From Monocercomonoides exilis PA203 (taxonomy: Eukaryota > Protista > Preaxostyla): a stretch of 64,000 bases of DNA. Position 1 is the stretch's first letter; each line of letters starts with the position of its first letter. Below the pieces are notes generated by a model. It was not told the origin of the DNA. It saw only the letters and a list, made by a program, of their open reading frames with translations, and searched no databases. Positions 12,101 to 22,000 of the stretch are shown here, in pieces. Made by a program: the position numbers and the translations under genes. The stretch is from NCBI GenBank assembly GCA_001643675.2, contig LSRY02000026.1, positions 1,054,001-1,118,000 of the forward strand, in the 5' to 3' direction.

Positions 12101-13994
12101 TCTTCTCCGTTCTTGTAACTCTGCAGTTTTCCCTTCTTCCTCTTCTCCTTCCTCTTCCTCCTCCTCCTCCTCCTCCTCTTCTTCTTCTTCTTCTGTTCCT
12201 TTCCGACTCCACCAATCTTTCAGCCCAACACGTCACACAAAGCCACTTCGTTCAATCGATCCAACTACTTTCAATTCTTTCAAAACATTTTCTGATTTTC
12301 GCAATGTTCATACTGCTTCTCCTTCTTCGTCTTCTTCTTCTCTTTCTTCTTCTCCTTCGCCTTCGCCTTCTCCAATTCATTCTCCTTCTCATTCTTCATT
12401 TCCCTCTTCTTCCTCTTCCTCTTCTCCTCTTTCTCCTTCTCCTTCTCCTCTTCTCAAGCCCACTCGTCCTAATCGTTTGTGCCAATCACCCACTTTCATC
12501 AGAAGAGCACAAAGATCACATTCTTCTTTGAACCAACGCCACGTCTCATTAACTACCCTGCCTTCATTGAAAACTTCTTCTTCGACCGCTTCATTCACTT
12601 CTTCTTCTTCCTCTTCTGTTGATTCTTCTTCTTCTCCTCCTCCTCCTTTAAATTCATATCCATATAATTCATCTTCCTCTTCAACAACACCTTCACCAAT
12701 TGATATCATTTCCAGCAAATCTCTTTTGTATTTGATCAACACCCCACTTTCATCCTCAACATCTTCTTCTTCTTCTTCTTCTTCTTCTTCTTCTTCTTTG
12801 CTTCCTCCTTCTTCTTCAGTATTTCTTCCACTTTCCTCTTCTTGTTCTCGCTCCCGTTCCAGTTCCCGTTCTCATTCTCGCTCTCGTTCGCCTTCTCCTT
12901 CTCCTTCTCCTTCTCCTTCTCCTTCTCCTTCATCTTCATCTTCATCTTCATCTTCCACTCCTTCTTCCTCTTCCTCTCGTTCTCGTTCTCGTTCCCCTTC
13001 TCGTTCTCTCTCTCCAACTCTTTCTACTTCCCTCTCCCCTTCTCTTTCTCTCTCCCCTTCTCTTTCTCATTCTCTTGTAGATTCTCGTTCTTCTTCCTCT
13101 TCTTTCTCTTCTTCTTTTTCCTCTTCTCTTTCTCCTTCTCCTTCTCCTTCTCCTCTTCTTCCTCTGCGATGGAAGCTTCCTAGCTCAAATACCTCAAATC
13201 TTCCTGTTTTTGACCCAGTTGAAAGCGAAGAAGCGTCTACCAATTGTATTTCTTTGTGCCTCACTGAAAACTCTTGCCAATCCAAAAAACGAAATTTTCC
13301 TTCTTCTTCTTCTTCTTCATCGTCATCTTCTTCTTCAGACTCAATTTCGCCTTCATTTTATTCACAAGCAATGAAATCAGAGCTGACTAATAAACAAAAT
13401 CTTTCTTCGAATGTTCCTCTGTTTCCAGCATTTAAGCCGTCGCAGCCGGTGAAAGCAAGGATCGGGGCGACGAGGCTAATGAAGGAGCATGAAAAGGCAA
13501 TGCAACAATACCAACATCAACAGCAGCATAGTCAATTTCATAATCAACATGTTAGTCAGCAAGTTAATCAGCATGTTAATCCACACATTCAGTATAGTCA
13601 GCATAATCAATTGAATCAGCACAATCAGCGCAATCAGTATAGCCAGTTTAGTCAGTATAGCCAGCATCATCCGCTTCAGAGTCAGCAGTTTCATCCATCT
13701 CAACAACAACAACAACAACAAAGCCAAAGCCAAAGTCAAAGTCAAAGTCAATATCAACATTCTCTTCAACCACAGAAAGTGAAGTCATCACAAGAATTGC
13801 CCCTCAGGCAAAGCATTGAAACTCCTTTTCATTCGACTGCTTCTTCTGTTTCTTCTGCTTCTTCTGCTTCTTCTGCTTCAGCTCAGCTGCCTCCTCTTCT
13901 GCAAAGGAAGAAGGAGAGGAAAGAAACACACAGTTTGTTCAGAAGTGGTTCAAAAACAGGGAGTTCGATGATTTCTTTGGTTGATTCGGTATAG
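6117..13994 (+). CDS. Protein phosphatase 2A regulatory subunit B'/B56 family protein with very long low-complexity tail (2625 aa; true start uncertain)
   Basis: B56 motifs: EWVHLELCYE, DSVDARERDSAKAVLHWIY, RRSFIRK, FNGINEIMDLMVSVATG, LWRLWPKVSSQKETLFLDEMEDV, CIESPNFNVAERAL, HWNEGVKTLSLSALKVLEEID, and RRKSLLP. Confidence 0.92.
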   Translation: MSIEIPASNLMDLLQNVQSLPVTPSKIQPLLSPDFIPRRLFQRTSSFLSPSLGKWVIIPDFPSFQGFFEQFYILFERNYFFLETPPYRRTALLISKLEACCTPVDWSEKASDICVHSRNLKEKHLRSILNYIQAMQNQIEPTDGDGSFSYESSESSTPGSICEDSQQFVDFPPQTWPSVKKFIQSNLLRGISEHDALSKATFEFDEEDAVLLKEWVHLELCYEITLLFILSLNVNPHKARDVTITPDVVAGFVEAMDSVDARERDSAKAVLHWIYSRYPSRRSFIRKSLAIVFDQIASDELRFNGINEIMDLMVSVATGMSVPIKDDILHLFTHGVLRLHAAPTLPLFGRRLSALDTIYVSKENRLCVAVLECLWRLWPKVSSQKETLFLDEMEDVIETVGAEKFIEICKEHKENVKLLTDGKLSEREYSAVYHSPSPSHTPTPSFSPSFSPSFSPSPSPFPAPSSYSSPSSSPSPPSAHSPSLFASSSSSSSSSPPHSLSPSLPPLQNSSISNQNSSFSDSHLPNNTTPTLSLSSSSPSHHPSKPLVLSSYPSSHTRRSRTPKLPLLHKLFVILAHCIESPNFNVAERALQYFANATITKLLQETKQASLPVLFVAMYRCSRGHWNEGVKTLSLSALKVLEEIDSLLFDMCARNAKERSETRERVGEGVWRCVERKAWERVRGWRRDRRKRKKEKEKEKEKEKEIKEIGNTIEINNDKEKNNFSSKDESKTGKNLISPNHNENLSSEVESPSESEKVLWWLDLPAEIPNCGIYSSSSSPSSSSSALNNNNIISSSSSYSSTSSASSSLSSSPSSSLSQTTLLSPSPDANESVFSSVSSFNEKDSLDCEEEMEEEKKKKKKKKKSNENKEELEINTSSSSSSSSSTSTSSSSSSSPSPSLLNPTTNLMFSIISSSRLHPNVKRLMKSSSSSSSFSFSFPPPPPPPPLHPPFKLSSSLSSSSSSSSSSSFSSSSSSSFSSSFSKNMPFPQSKLALSSCSSSASFASYASFASFEEFSCAPTERERNNLDCYSGEKGRMEEEKKEEKKEEKKEEKEGEKGDEKGKEEGNRASEILSNESCNGKNVNINAKDEINATSSSSSSSSSSSSSSSSSSSSSSDPLELNPDDEAAKPVDFELDLDEDAIDTPNSKLEKRKNVMLAAGVKEEEEGKEKEKEKEREKDKENDNSSSSSSSSSSSSSLSSPLPSPHPSLLPSIGVRRKSLLPSSISQLLQDELSSYVSVEKRSLETVAAAVMNSVKKREEKEGEKEKEEKEREGERGEGERNDYEIENGKKNEKGKEKEEGKVNNKENNLANLTTNKSESNRNSQEFSSSIEHLSNEEGKTKAEDENATEAELKTKSKENNKEREREKEKDKEKDKEKNKDKIKTNEKPSCHSRHNSKTNENAPEIDEEFVKMLQDRINPPFNPLLQSVSRRNSESRSSSIASQESLLMSLNAMSQQRQGGGGGGGKNKMNEGKEEKEENEKKEGKGEEEIKPGISKNVEREEEKDMKTMDDQSDKQAWERKGGSVTIKENDKVKNEGEGEGREGRDRENGKKMKKNETSIEEPILPTMVKQESYFSLLEKKMNENKENKRENKENKEKEDIFNENFSFASKIPDVLQKSTYSMMNEAEVENVKENKIRVRRKADEIIDDSLCSSSSSTSSTSSQKLPELIKSNSVIREQPSKSHFQSENIKNYANSSQNANFEEEEEKEENENEKEREREREKEKLPLQNRKKKKKYKISNEFKENVHKKVGFVTEFSENVGFNMGKRERGKEIRRGEGEGREGRREEGRRGERGERKEESQINEKDMLRISKAISSSKTSHNSSKFAQKTQKSSNLLKNSKKEKKGGREEEEKEKEKEENTFFSSFPSFSLFRPFPSTSSSMKHSSDSEFSLFSRSSQSFALPTLQLPSDSDLVCASYCGGGGGGGGGGGGGGGGGINENNNKKVNNFNNNYGYNSSNAQINKKNETSSNSSSTSSPSLSPSPSSSTNPSPPSLLRSCNSAVFPSSSSPSSSSSSSSSSSSSSSVPFRLHQSFSPTRHTKPLRSIDPTTFNSFKTFSDFRNVHTASPSSSSSSLSSSPSPSPSPIHSPSHSSFPSSSSSSSPLSPSPSPLLKPTRPNRLCQSPTFIRRAQRSHSSLNQRHVSLTTLPSLKTSSSTASFTSSSSSSVDSSSSPPPPLNSYPYNSSSSSTTPSPIDIISSKSLLYLINTPLSSSTSSSSSSSSSSSSLLPPSSSVFLPLSSSCSRSRSSSRSHSRSRSPSPSPSPSPSPSPSSSSSSSSSTPSSSSSRSRSRSPSRSLSPTLSTSLSPSLSLSPSLSHSLVDSRSSSSSFSSSFSSSLSPSPSPSPLLPLRWKLPSSNTSNLPVFDPVESEEASTNCISLCLTENSCQSKKRNFPSSSSSSSSSSSSDSISPSFYSQAMKSELTNKQNLSSNVPLFPAFKPSQPVKARIGATRLMKEHEKAMQQYQHQQQHSQFHNQHVSQQVNQHVNPHIQYSQHNQLNQHNQRNQYSQFSQYSQHHPLQSQQFHPSQQQQQQQSQSQSQSQSQYQHSLQPQKVKSSQELPLRQSIETPFHSTASSVSSASSASSASAQLPPLLQRKKERKETHSLFRSGSKTGSSMISLVDSV

Positions 13995-14997
13995 GCTGTT
14001 TGGAAGGAGTGAAAAAAATGAATATCTCATAGAAAAAAGAAGTCAAAGAATGTTATTTGATTTTTATTTATTTATTTATTTCAAGTCAAAAGGAAGAATG
14101 ATTTGAAGCCTGAGAAAGTGAGGATTTTGAATTCGTCTTGTTAATTTTTGCTTGTCATAGAAAATAAACTGAAGGGAATTGGATGTTATATTTTCTTCTC
14201 TGTTCTTCTCTTTCCTTTCCTTTCCTTTCCTTTCCTTTTCGATATTTCAATATTGTTTTTCTCAAATTCAATTTTCTCTTCCTTTTTAAAAAATACTTTT
14301 GAAAACGTCTTTGTTTTTGAAGAAATTGAGAGAAAATGTGTATTTTTGGCGAGTTTGAAGCCTGATTGTATTTCTATCTTTTTTTCGTTTCTTTCTTTCT
14401 TCATGATGATGGTTTTGTGAGTCTGTTTTGTTTCTTTCTTTCTTTCTTCTTTTTCTTCTTTTTCTTTGATCATTATTTTTTTTAAATCTATTTGAAGAAT
14501 TGAGGCTATGAAGTTTCACAGCAATAATTCATTTGGTGCGTATTTTCAGTTTTGCATGCATTTTGAAATCATTCTCGAGATTTCCTTTCCTTCTTTTTTT
14601 AAGCTTTTTTTTTTCTAACTTAAGCAAAGTTTATTTCGAATTATTGAGAGAGAGAAAAAATGTTTGCATTTTCAATTCTTTATTCTTTTTTTTTTTAATT
14701 TTATTTTTCAATTTTTTTATTTTTTTAATTAACACCCCCAATCCCCATCAACTACATCAACCCTATCACCTTTATCAACTCCATCAACATTATCATTTTC
14801 ATTTATGTCTTCATTGTTATCAACCCCTTTTGCCCTTTCGGCCCCATATCCTCCGTTTTTTGACTCCAATCCTTGCATTCTGTTATATATTTATATATAT
14901 ATTTATATTTGTGCATAATTGTGAAAGAGAGAGAGAGTAAGAGAATGAGTGAATGAGTGAGAAAGAGAGAAGTTGCTTCAATTATGTTATGTATGTT

Positions 14998-15030
14998 ATA
15001 ACATAACTTTTCCTGGAAAAGTTATGTTAT
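14998..15030. repeat. Perfect 33-bp palindrome (16-bp arms, 1-nt spacer)
   Basis: ATAACATAACTTTTCC-T-GGAAAAGTTATGTTAT. Confidence 0.9.
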
Positions 15031-15899
15031 TCAATGATTCAGGTTATGGAAAAGTTGCTTGTTTCGTTAAAAGTTGGGATATGCTTTTCTATTTTGAATA
15101 TGAATCCTATATTTGGAGGGGGGAACGAAGTTTAGTCTTTTCTGTTGATTATTTTTATTATTGTTGTTATTAAAAATGTTATGATTAATAAGTCTCATTT
15201 TGGTTGAAGAATTCAAAAATTTTGCGTTGTTCTTCATTTTGCTGATATCTACGTATTCTTTCATTTATATTGGTTGAAAACGAAGCATCCAACCAATTTA
15301 TTTGATCATTTTTTGAGTTATATTTGTAAATCTATTTATTGTATTTCAAATTGCTCTTAATTCCAAATTTCAAAACTTATCATTTGTATAATATGTTGTA
15401 ATCTGTTAAGCACCCTTCTATTGATTAATTTTGCATTTTGTTTGTAATTTTCTTTTAATGAAATAAATAGCTTTTATTATTTTCACAAATAATCTTTAAT
15501 GAAAATTTGTCAAAAATATTTGTTTCTTCGATTTTAACTTTCCTTTTCTTGTTTTATTTTTTTTTTTAAGAATTAACTTTTGTAAGAAAATGTCATTCAA
15601 ATGATTTTTTGTCATTCAAAGATTTTTTTCTTTTCAGAAATCTTATTTGTTTGTTTTCTTTTCTTCAATTCCGATTCTTTTCAAAAATTAAATTAAGAAG
15701 AATAAAGGCATACTTTTTTTGAACTTCGAATGGCTTGTTTGTGTTGATTTCAAAATAGCAAAAATCATGTGCATAAAATAAAATTTGATAAAAATAAAAA
15801 TATCAAAAACATTCAGAATGAAATGAAGAAGAAAATGATGATGAGTACCTTTTCGCAGATTATGAAATTTCATTCCATCAAATAATTGAAAATTGATGC

Positions 15900-17389
15900 T
15901 TAATGATGAATAATGTATATGTTGAGATCATCAGGTGAACGCCAAAAACTAGCAGATTTAGAAACAGGCTCATATAAGCTAACGATAATATCTTCATATC
16001 CTTCTTCTTCCATCTTCTCACGCAGTTTTCGATAAAACATTGTTTTCTTCATTGCCTTTCCATTCATCCAGTTCCAGATAAATGAAAAAATTCCAAAACC
16101 ACCTTTTTCTTTTTCGGTATTTCCGCTCAATATTTTCGAAATCCTTTCAAAAACTATCTCACCACGTATAATCAATTCACCTTCAATTGTGGGCTGAAGC
16201 ATTTCCTCCAGAATGAAGTCAACAAGCTCTTCACGAAGCAAGAATTTCTCTGAATATTTTTCATCTAAAGAAATTTCCCAAAAAAATGAAAAGCACTTCT
16301 CATACACTTCTTTATGATTTCTCCTTGCCAACCTGCACAGATCAACAAGAAGTTTTGTAAGTTTGGCATATTCCTCATTCTGCACTTTGCTTGATACACC
16401 ATTAGCGCACACCATATAGAGCCATCTCATCAAAAGAAGCTCTTCTTTCGTTCCAATTCCAGTTTCCTCTCCTTTTCTCTTCCAATCCACACGTTTTGAC
16501 AGATCTTCAAGCTCCCTAATTGCTTCACTCTCGAAATGAAGCTCATTAAAAACTGCACTTACAAAAATATATTCAGATGGCTGTCTTTCAAGTAAAAATT
16601 GCCAAGCAGACTGATACGCCAGAGGTGTAAGGTTGTTGTTCTCCTGATGAAATACGATGATTTTCAAAATCTGTTCAAAATATATTTCTTTTTTTATTTT
16701 CTATTTAAAGAAAAGAAACAATTAAATATCAAAGATAATGCAATGCCACACCACCAAATTCGAAACGCAACTCAAAGCCAGCAAAGCCATTTCAACTTCT
16801 TTTTTTGCTTTTTCACTTTTCTCTTCGTTCAAGGCAACTTCAATCAAGAAAACAACACAAATCACATATAATGAGTGTGAAGCGTAGTCCCCAGCCAAAA
16901 ATAGAAAACATTCGCAAAGGTTAACTAAAAGCTTTTTGTTCCTTCCTTCTTTCTTCTTCACTTCATCAAATATCATAGTTGCAAATCTTTTGCACAACAG
17001 TGATCCAAAACTTGAAAAGGGGGAAATGCCGTACAAAATTCTACGGTATCCCATTTGCTTCAGTAATTGAATGGCATTTTCCAAAGACAATTTGTTATCT
17101 TCTATCATAACATCCATTTTTTCAAGCATTTCTTCTTTAAAAATGGACACATATTCTTTTCCTTCCATTTCTTTTATCAGTCCATTCATTTCTTCAATTT
17201 TTAATCTTTGCTCAATTTTTGTATAATTCTCCAGTTCATTAAACAATGCTTCAAAATAGATAAAAAAAAACAATAACAATCATCAGGATGTTAAACGCAA
17301 CTATGTAACAAGCCTTTGAATTTTGTGGAAGGAAACTTCTGCTTTTTTCCCTCAAGCCAATGCAATCAGAAATCACCACAATATGCCAT
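15900..17389 (-). CDS. Probable three-exon member of a lineage-specific helical protein family; 5' exon has an in-frame TGA, so possibly a pseudogene
   Basis: ORFs 16722-17279 and 15900-16667 join across a short GT..AG intron (KAKKEVEMALLALS / KIKKEIYFEQILKIIVFHQENNNLTPLAYQSAWQFL..ELHFESEAIRELEDLSKRVDWKRK). ATG at 17389 is followed by TGA at 17366-17368. A paralogous fragment lies at ~34.0-34.3 kb. Confidence 0.7.
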
Positions 17390-17696
17390 TTATATTGCGC
17401 AATCGTATTGTTGGAAAGAACAAAATAACAAAAAATTGAAACATTTCAAAATTAATAAAATATTTGATTGCACACCGTCCGTTGTTGCACTGACATTTTT
17501 TTACAAGTGACTATCGAGAAAAGCAATGACTTTATTTGATCTGTTTCTTGTTATGGATAAGATGATCAGTATATTTTCTGAACACGAAATCACAACAAAA
17601 ATAATTCTTATTCGAAAATAACAATAATTTTATTAGGAAAAAAATTTTTTGATTGAAAAATTTTACAATTCGATTTCATTACGGAAAAAATTGTTA

Positions 17697-18660
17697 ATGT
17701 AAGTAATTATTCGGCACACAAAAAATCAATAGGGACTTTAATTTTCTGGCTCTCAAGAGCACTTTTAGAAAAAATAAAATGAAAGAAATTATTAAATATA
17801 TTATAATAAGCAATTCCTGAAAAAATTTTTTATTTTTTTATTTTTGTGAAGAGATATGGTATTTTTTGTTTTATTTTTCAAATTAAAGACTTGCTCATAT
17901 TTTCACGAGCTTTTTGTTTTGAGTGTTTTGAGTTATATCATTGTTAATAAACTGAAAATTTTTATGTTTTTGGTTATTTTTCATTGTTTAACACTTCATT
18001 TTTTTATTTCTTTTTCCATTTTAATAAGTTTCTATGAAATTAGAAACAATTGTTGAGTTGAAAATTGTAATGGTTTTTCATGTAGAAGAATAGTTGAAAA
18101 AAATGATTGTTTCATGTAACGCAAAAATTAAGAAATGAAAGAAAGAGATTTGAAGCAAAAAACACAAAAATGAACAAAAACAAGTGTTTAAGTATTATAA
18201 TCACAATCATTATAAATATAAGATTTTCTTCCTTTTGTATATCGTTATTTGTCGGTAATTTTTATATTTTCTCTTTTCAATTAACGAAAAATCTTATTTA
18301 TACAAATATAATTTTCAATTTGTCGAAATTTAGTGAAATGCAAAAAATAATAATAAAACGAGGTATTTAATATCAAACAATAACCAAAAACATAAAGAAG
18401 TTAAGATTATTAACAATGATATAACTCAAAACACTCAAAACAAAAAGCACATGAAAATATGTGCAAGTCTTTGATATTAAAAAAAACAAAAAAAATACCA
18501 GATCTTTTTTCTTGAATTGAAAAATAAAAAATATTTTCAGGAATAGCACATACTATCATTTTGAAGATTTCCTGTTATTTCATTTTTTCGAAAAGTGCCC
18601 CAGAGAGCCAGAAAATTTTGGTCCCGATTTATTTTTTGGGTACCGATAAATAACTGACCC
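17697..18660. mobile_element. Non-autonomous foldback/MITE with ~250-bp imperfect TIRs and TTA flanks; PIF/Harbinger (Tourist)-like
   Basis: 17697-17950 is the imperfect reverse complement of 18408-18660 (e.g. TTTTGTTTTGAGTGTTTTGAGTTATATCATTGTTAATAA / TTATTAACAATGATATAACTCAAAACACTCAAAACAAAA). TTA at 17694-17696 and 18661-18663; right end ...GACCC; left terminus is decayed. Confidence 0.7.
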
Positions 18661-19052
18661 TTATCATAATGAAAAAGATTTGCGTTATGAATCAAATATT
18701 CGATATTTTTATCTCATTTTACACTTTATTTATCATCAGTTGAATTTTGATGTTTTTTTTATGAAAAATTTATGAAATAGTTATATCTAAGTTTTTTTGT
18801 TTTGATATTGGAAAACAAAACTGAATTTTTTTCTTTTTGAATTGCGATATATAAATTTCCATTTTTTTAAAAAATCAAAAAAAAAAAAAAAAAATATTTG
18901 AAAATGCACTTATTGATTGCTATCCAATAAATGCAGTTGAACATCATTCCTTTTCATTCAAATATTCAAAAAAATGAACACATTTCATTTATTATTTTTG
19001 ATCGCAAAAAGTTCATATTATGTTCGATGTTTTTTTATGAAAATACACCAAA

Positions 19053-22000
19053 AATAATTCTAATTCGAAAAAAAATAATTCAATTTCGAAAATTAATAAT
19101 TCGAATTCGGAATTAATAATTCGAAATCGAAAAAAATAATTCGATTTCGGAATTAATATTTCAATTTCGAAAATTAATAATTCGAATTCGGAATTAATAA
19201 TTCGAAATCGAAAAAAATAATTCGATTTCGGAATTAATATTTCAAATTCGAAAATTAATAATTCGAATTCGGAATTAATAATTCGAAATCGAAAAAAATA
19301 ATTCGATTTCGAAAATTAATAATTCAAATTCGGAATTAATAATTCGAAATCGAAAAAAAATAATTCGATTTCGGAATTAATATTTCAATTTCGAAAATTA
19401 ATAATTCGAATTCGGAATTAATAATTCGAAATCGAAAAAAATAATTCGATTTCGGAATTAATATTTCAATTTCGAAAATTAATAATTCGAATTCGGAATT
19501 AATAATTCGAAATCGAAAAAAATAATTCGATTTCGGAATTAATATTTCAATTTCGAAAATTAATAATTCGAATTCGGAATTAATAATTCGAAATCGAAAA
19601 AAATAATTCGATTTCGGAATTAATATTTCAAATTCGAAAATTAATAATTCGAATTCGGAATTAATAATTCGAAATCGAAAAAAAATAATTCGATTTCGGA
19701 ATTAATATTTCAAATTCGAAAATTAATAATTCGAATTCGGAATTAATAATTCGAAATCGAAAAAAAATAATTCGATTTCGGAATTAATATTTCAATTTCG
19801 AAAATTAATAATTCGAATTCGGAATTAATAATTCGAAATCGAAAAAAAATAATTCGATTTCGAAAATTAATAATTCAAATTCGGAATTAATAATTCGAAA
19901 TCGAAAAAAAATAATTCGATTTCGGAATTAATATTTCAATTTCGAAAATTAATAATTCGAATTCGGAATTAATAATTCGAAATCGAAAAAAAATAATTCG
20001 ATTTCGGAATTAATATTTCAATTTCGAAAATTAATAATTCGAATTCGGAATTAATAATTCGAAATCGAAAAAAAATAATTCGATTTCGGAATTAATATTT
20101 CAAATTCGAAAATTAATAATTCGAATTCGGAATTAATAATTCGAAATCGAAAAAAAATAATTCGATTTCGAAAATTAATAATTCAAATTCGGAATTAATA
20201 ATTCGAAATCGAAAAAAAATAATTCGATTTCGGAATTAATATTTCAATTTCGAAAATTAATAATTCGAATTCGGAATTAATAATTCGAAATCGAAAAAAA
20301 TAATTCGATTTCGGAATTAATATTTCAATTTCGAAAATTAATAATTCGAATTCGGAATTAATAATTCGAAATCGAAAAAAATAATTCGATTTCGAAAATT
20401 AATAATTCAAATTCGGAATTAATAATTCGAAATCGAAAAAAATAATTCGATTTCGGAATTAATATTTCAATTTCGAAAATTAATAATTCGAATTCGGAAT
20501 TAATAATTCGAAATCGAAAAAAATAATTCGATTTCGGAATTAATATTTCAATTTCGAAAATTAATAATTCGAATTCGGAATTAATAATTCGAAATCGAAA
20601 AAAATAATTCGATTTCGGAATTAATATTTCAATTTCGAAAATTAATAATTCGAATTCGGAATTAATAATTCGAAATCGAAAAAAATAATTCGATTTCGAA
20701 AATTAATAATTCAAATTCGGAATTAATAATTCGAAATCGAAAAAAAATAATTCGATTTCGGAATTAATATTTCAATTTCGAAAATTAATAATTCGAATTC
20801 GGAATTAATAATTCGAAATCGAAAAAAATAATTCGATTTCGGAATTAATATTTCAAATTCGAAAATTAATAATTCGAATTCGGAATTAATAATTCGAAAT
20901 CGAAAAAAAATAATTCGATTTCGAAAATTAATAATTCAAATTCGGAATTAATAATTCGAAATCGAAAAAAAATAATTCGATTTCGGAATTAATATTTCAA
21001 TTTCGAAAATTAATAATTCGAATTCGGAATTAATAATTCGAAATCGAAAAAAAATAATTCGATTTCGGAATTAATATTTCAATTTCGAAAATTAATAATT
21101 CGAATTCGGAATTAATAATTCGAAATCGAAAAAAAATAATTCGATTTCGGAATTAATATTTCAATTTCGAAAATTAATAATTCGAATTCGGAATTAATAA
21201 TTCGAAATCGAAAAAAAATAATTCGATTTCGGAATTAATATTTCAATTTCGAAAATTAATAATTCGAATTCGGAATTAATAATTCGAAATCGAAAAAAAA
21301 TAATTCGATTTCGAAAATTAATAATTCAAATTCGGAATTAATAATTCGAAATCGAAAAAAAATAATTCGATTTCGGAATTAATATTTCAATTTCGAAAAT
21401 TAATAATTCGAATTCGGAATTAATAATTCGAAATCGAAAAAAAATAATTCGATTTCGAAAATTAATAATTCAAATTCGGAATTAATAATTCGAAATCGAA
21501 AAAAAATAATTCGATTTCGGAATTAATATTTCAATTTCGAAAATTAATATTTCAAATTCGGAATTAATAATTCGAAATCGAAAAAAATAATTCGATTTCG
21601 GAATTAATATTTCAATTTCGAAAATTAATAATTCGAATTCGGAATTAATAATTCGAAATCGAAAAAAATAATTCGATTTCGAAAATTAATAATTCGAATT
21701 CGGAATTAATAATTCGAAATCGAAAAAAATAATTCGATTTCGGAATTAATATTTCAAATTCGAAAATTAATATTTCAAATTCGGAATTAATAATTCGAAA
21801 TCGAAAAAAATAATTCGATTTCGGAATTAATATTTCAATTTCGAAAATTAATAATTCGAATTCGGAATTAATAATTCGAAATCGAAAAAAATAATTCGAT
21901 TTCGAAAATTAATAATTCGAATTCGGAATTAATAATTCGAAATCGAAAAAAATAATTCGATTTCGGAATTAATATTTCAAATTCGAAAATTAATAATTCG

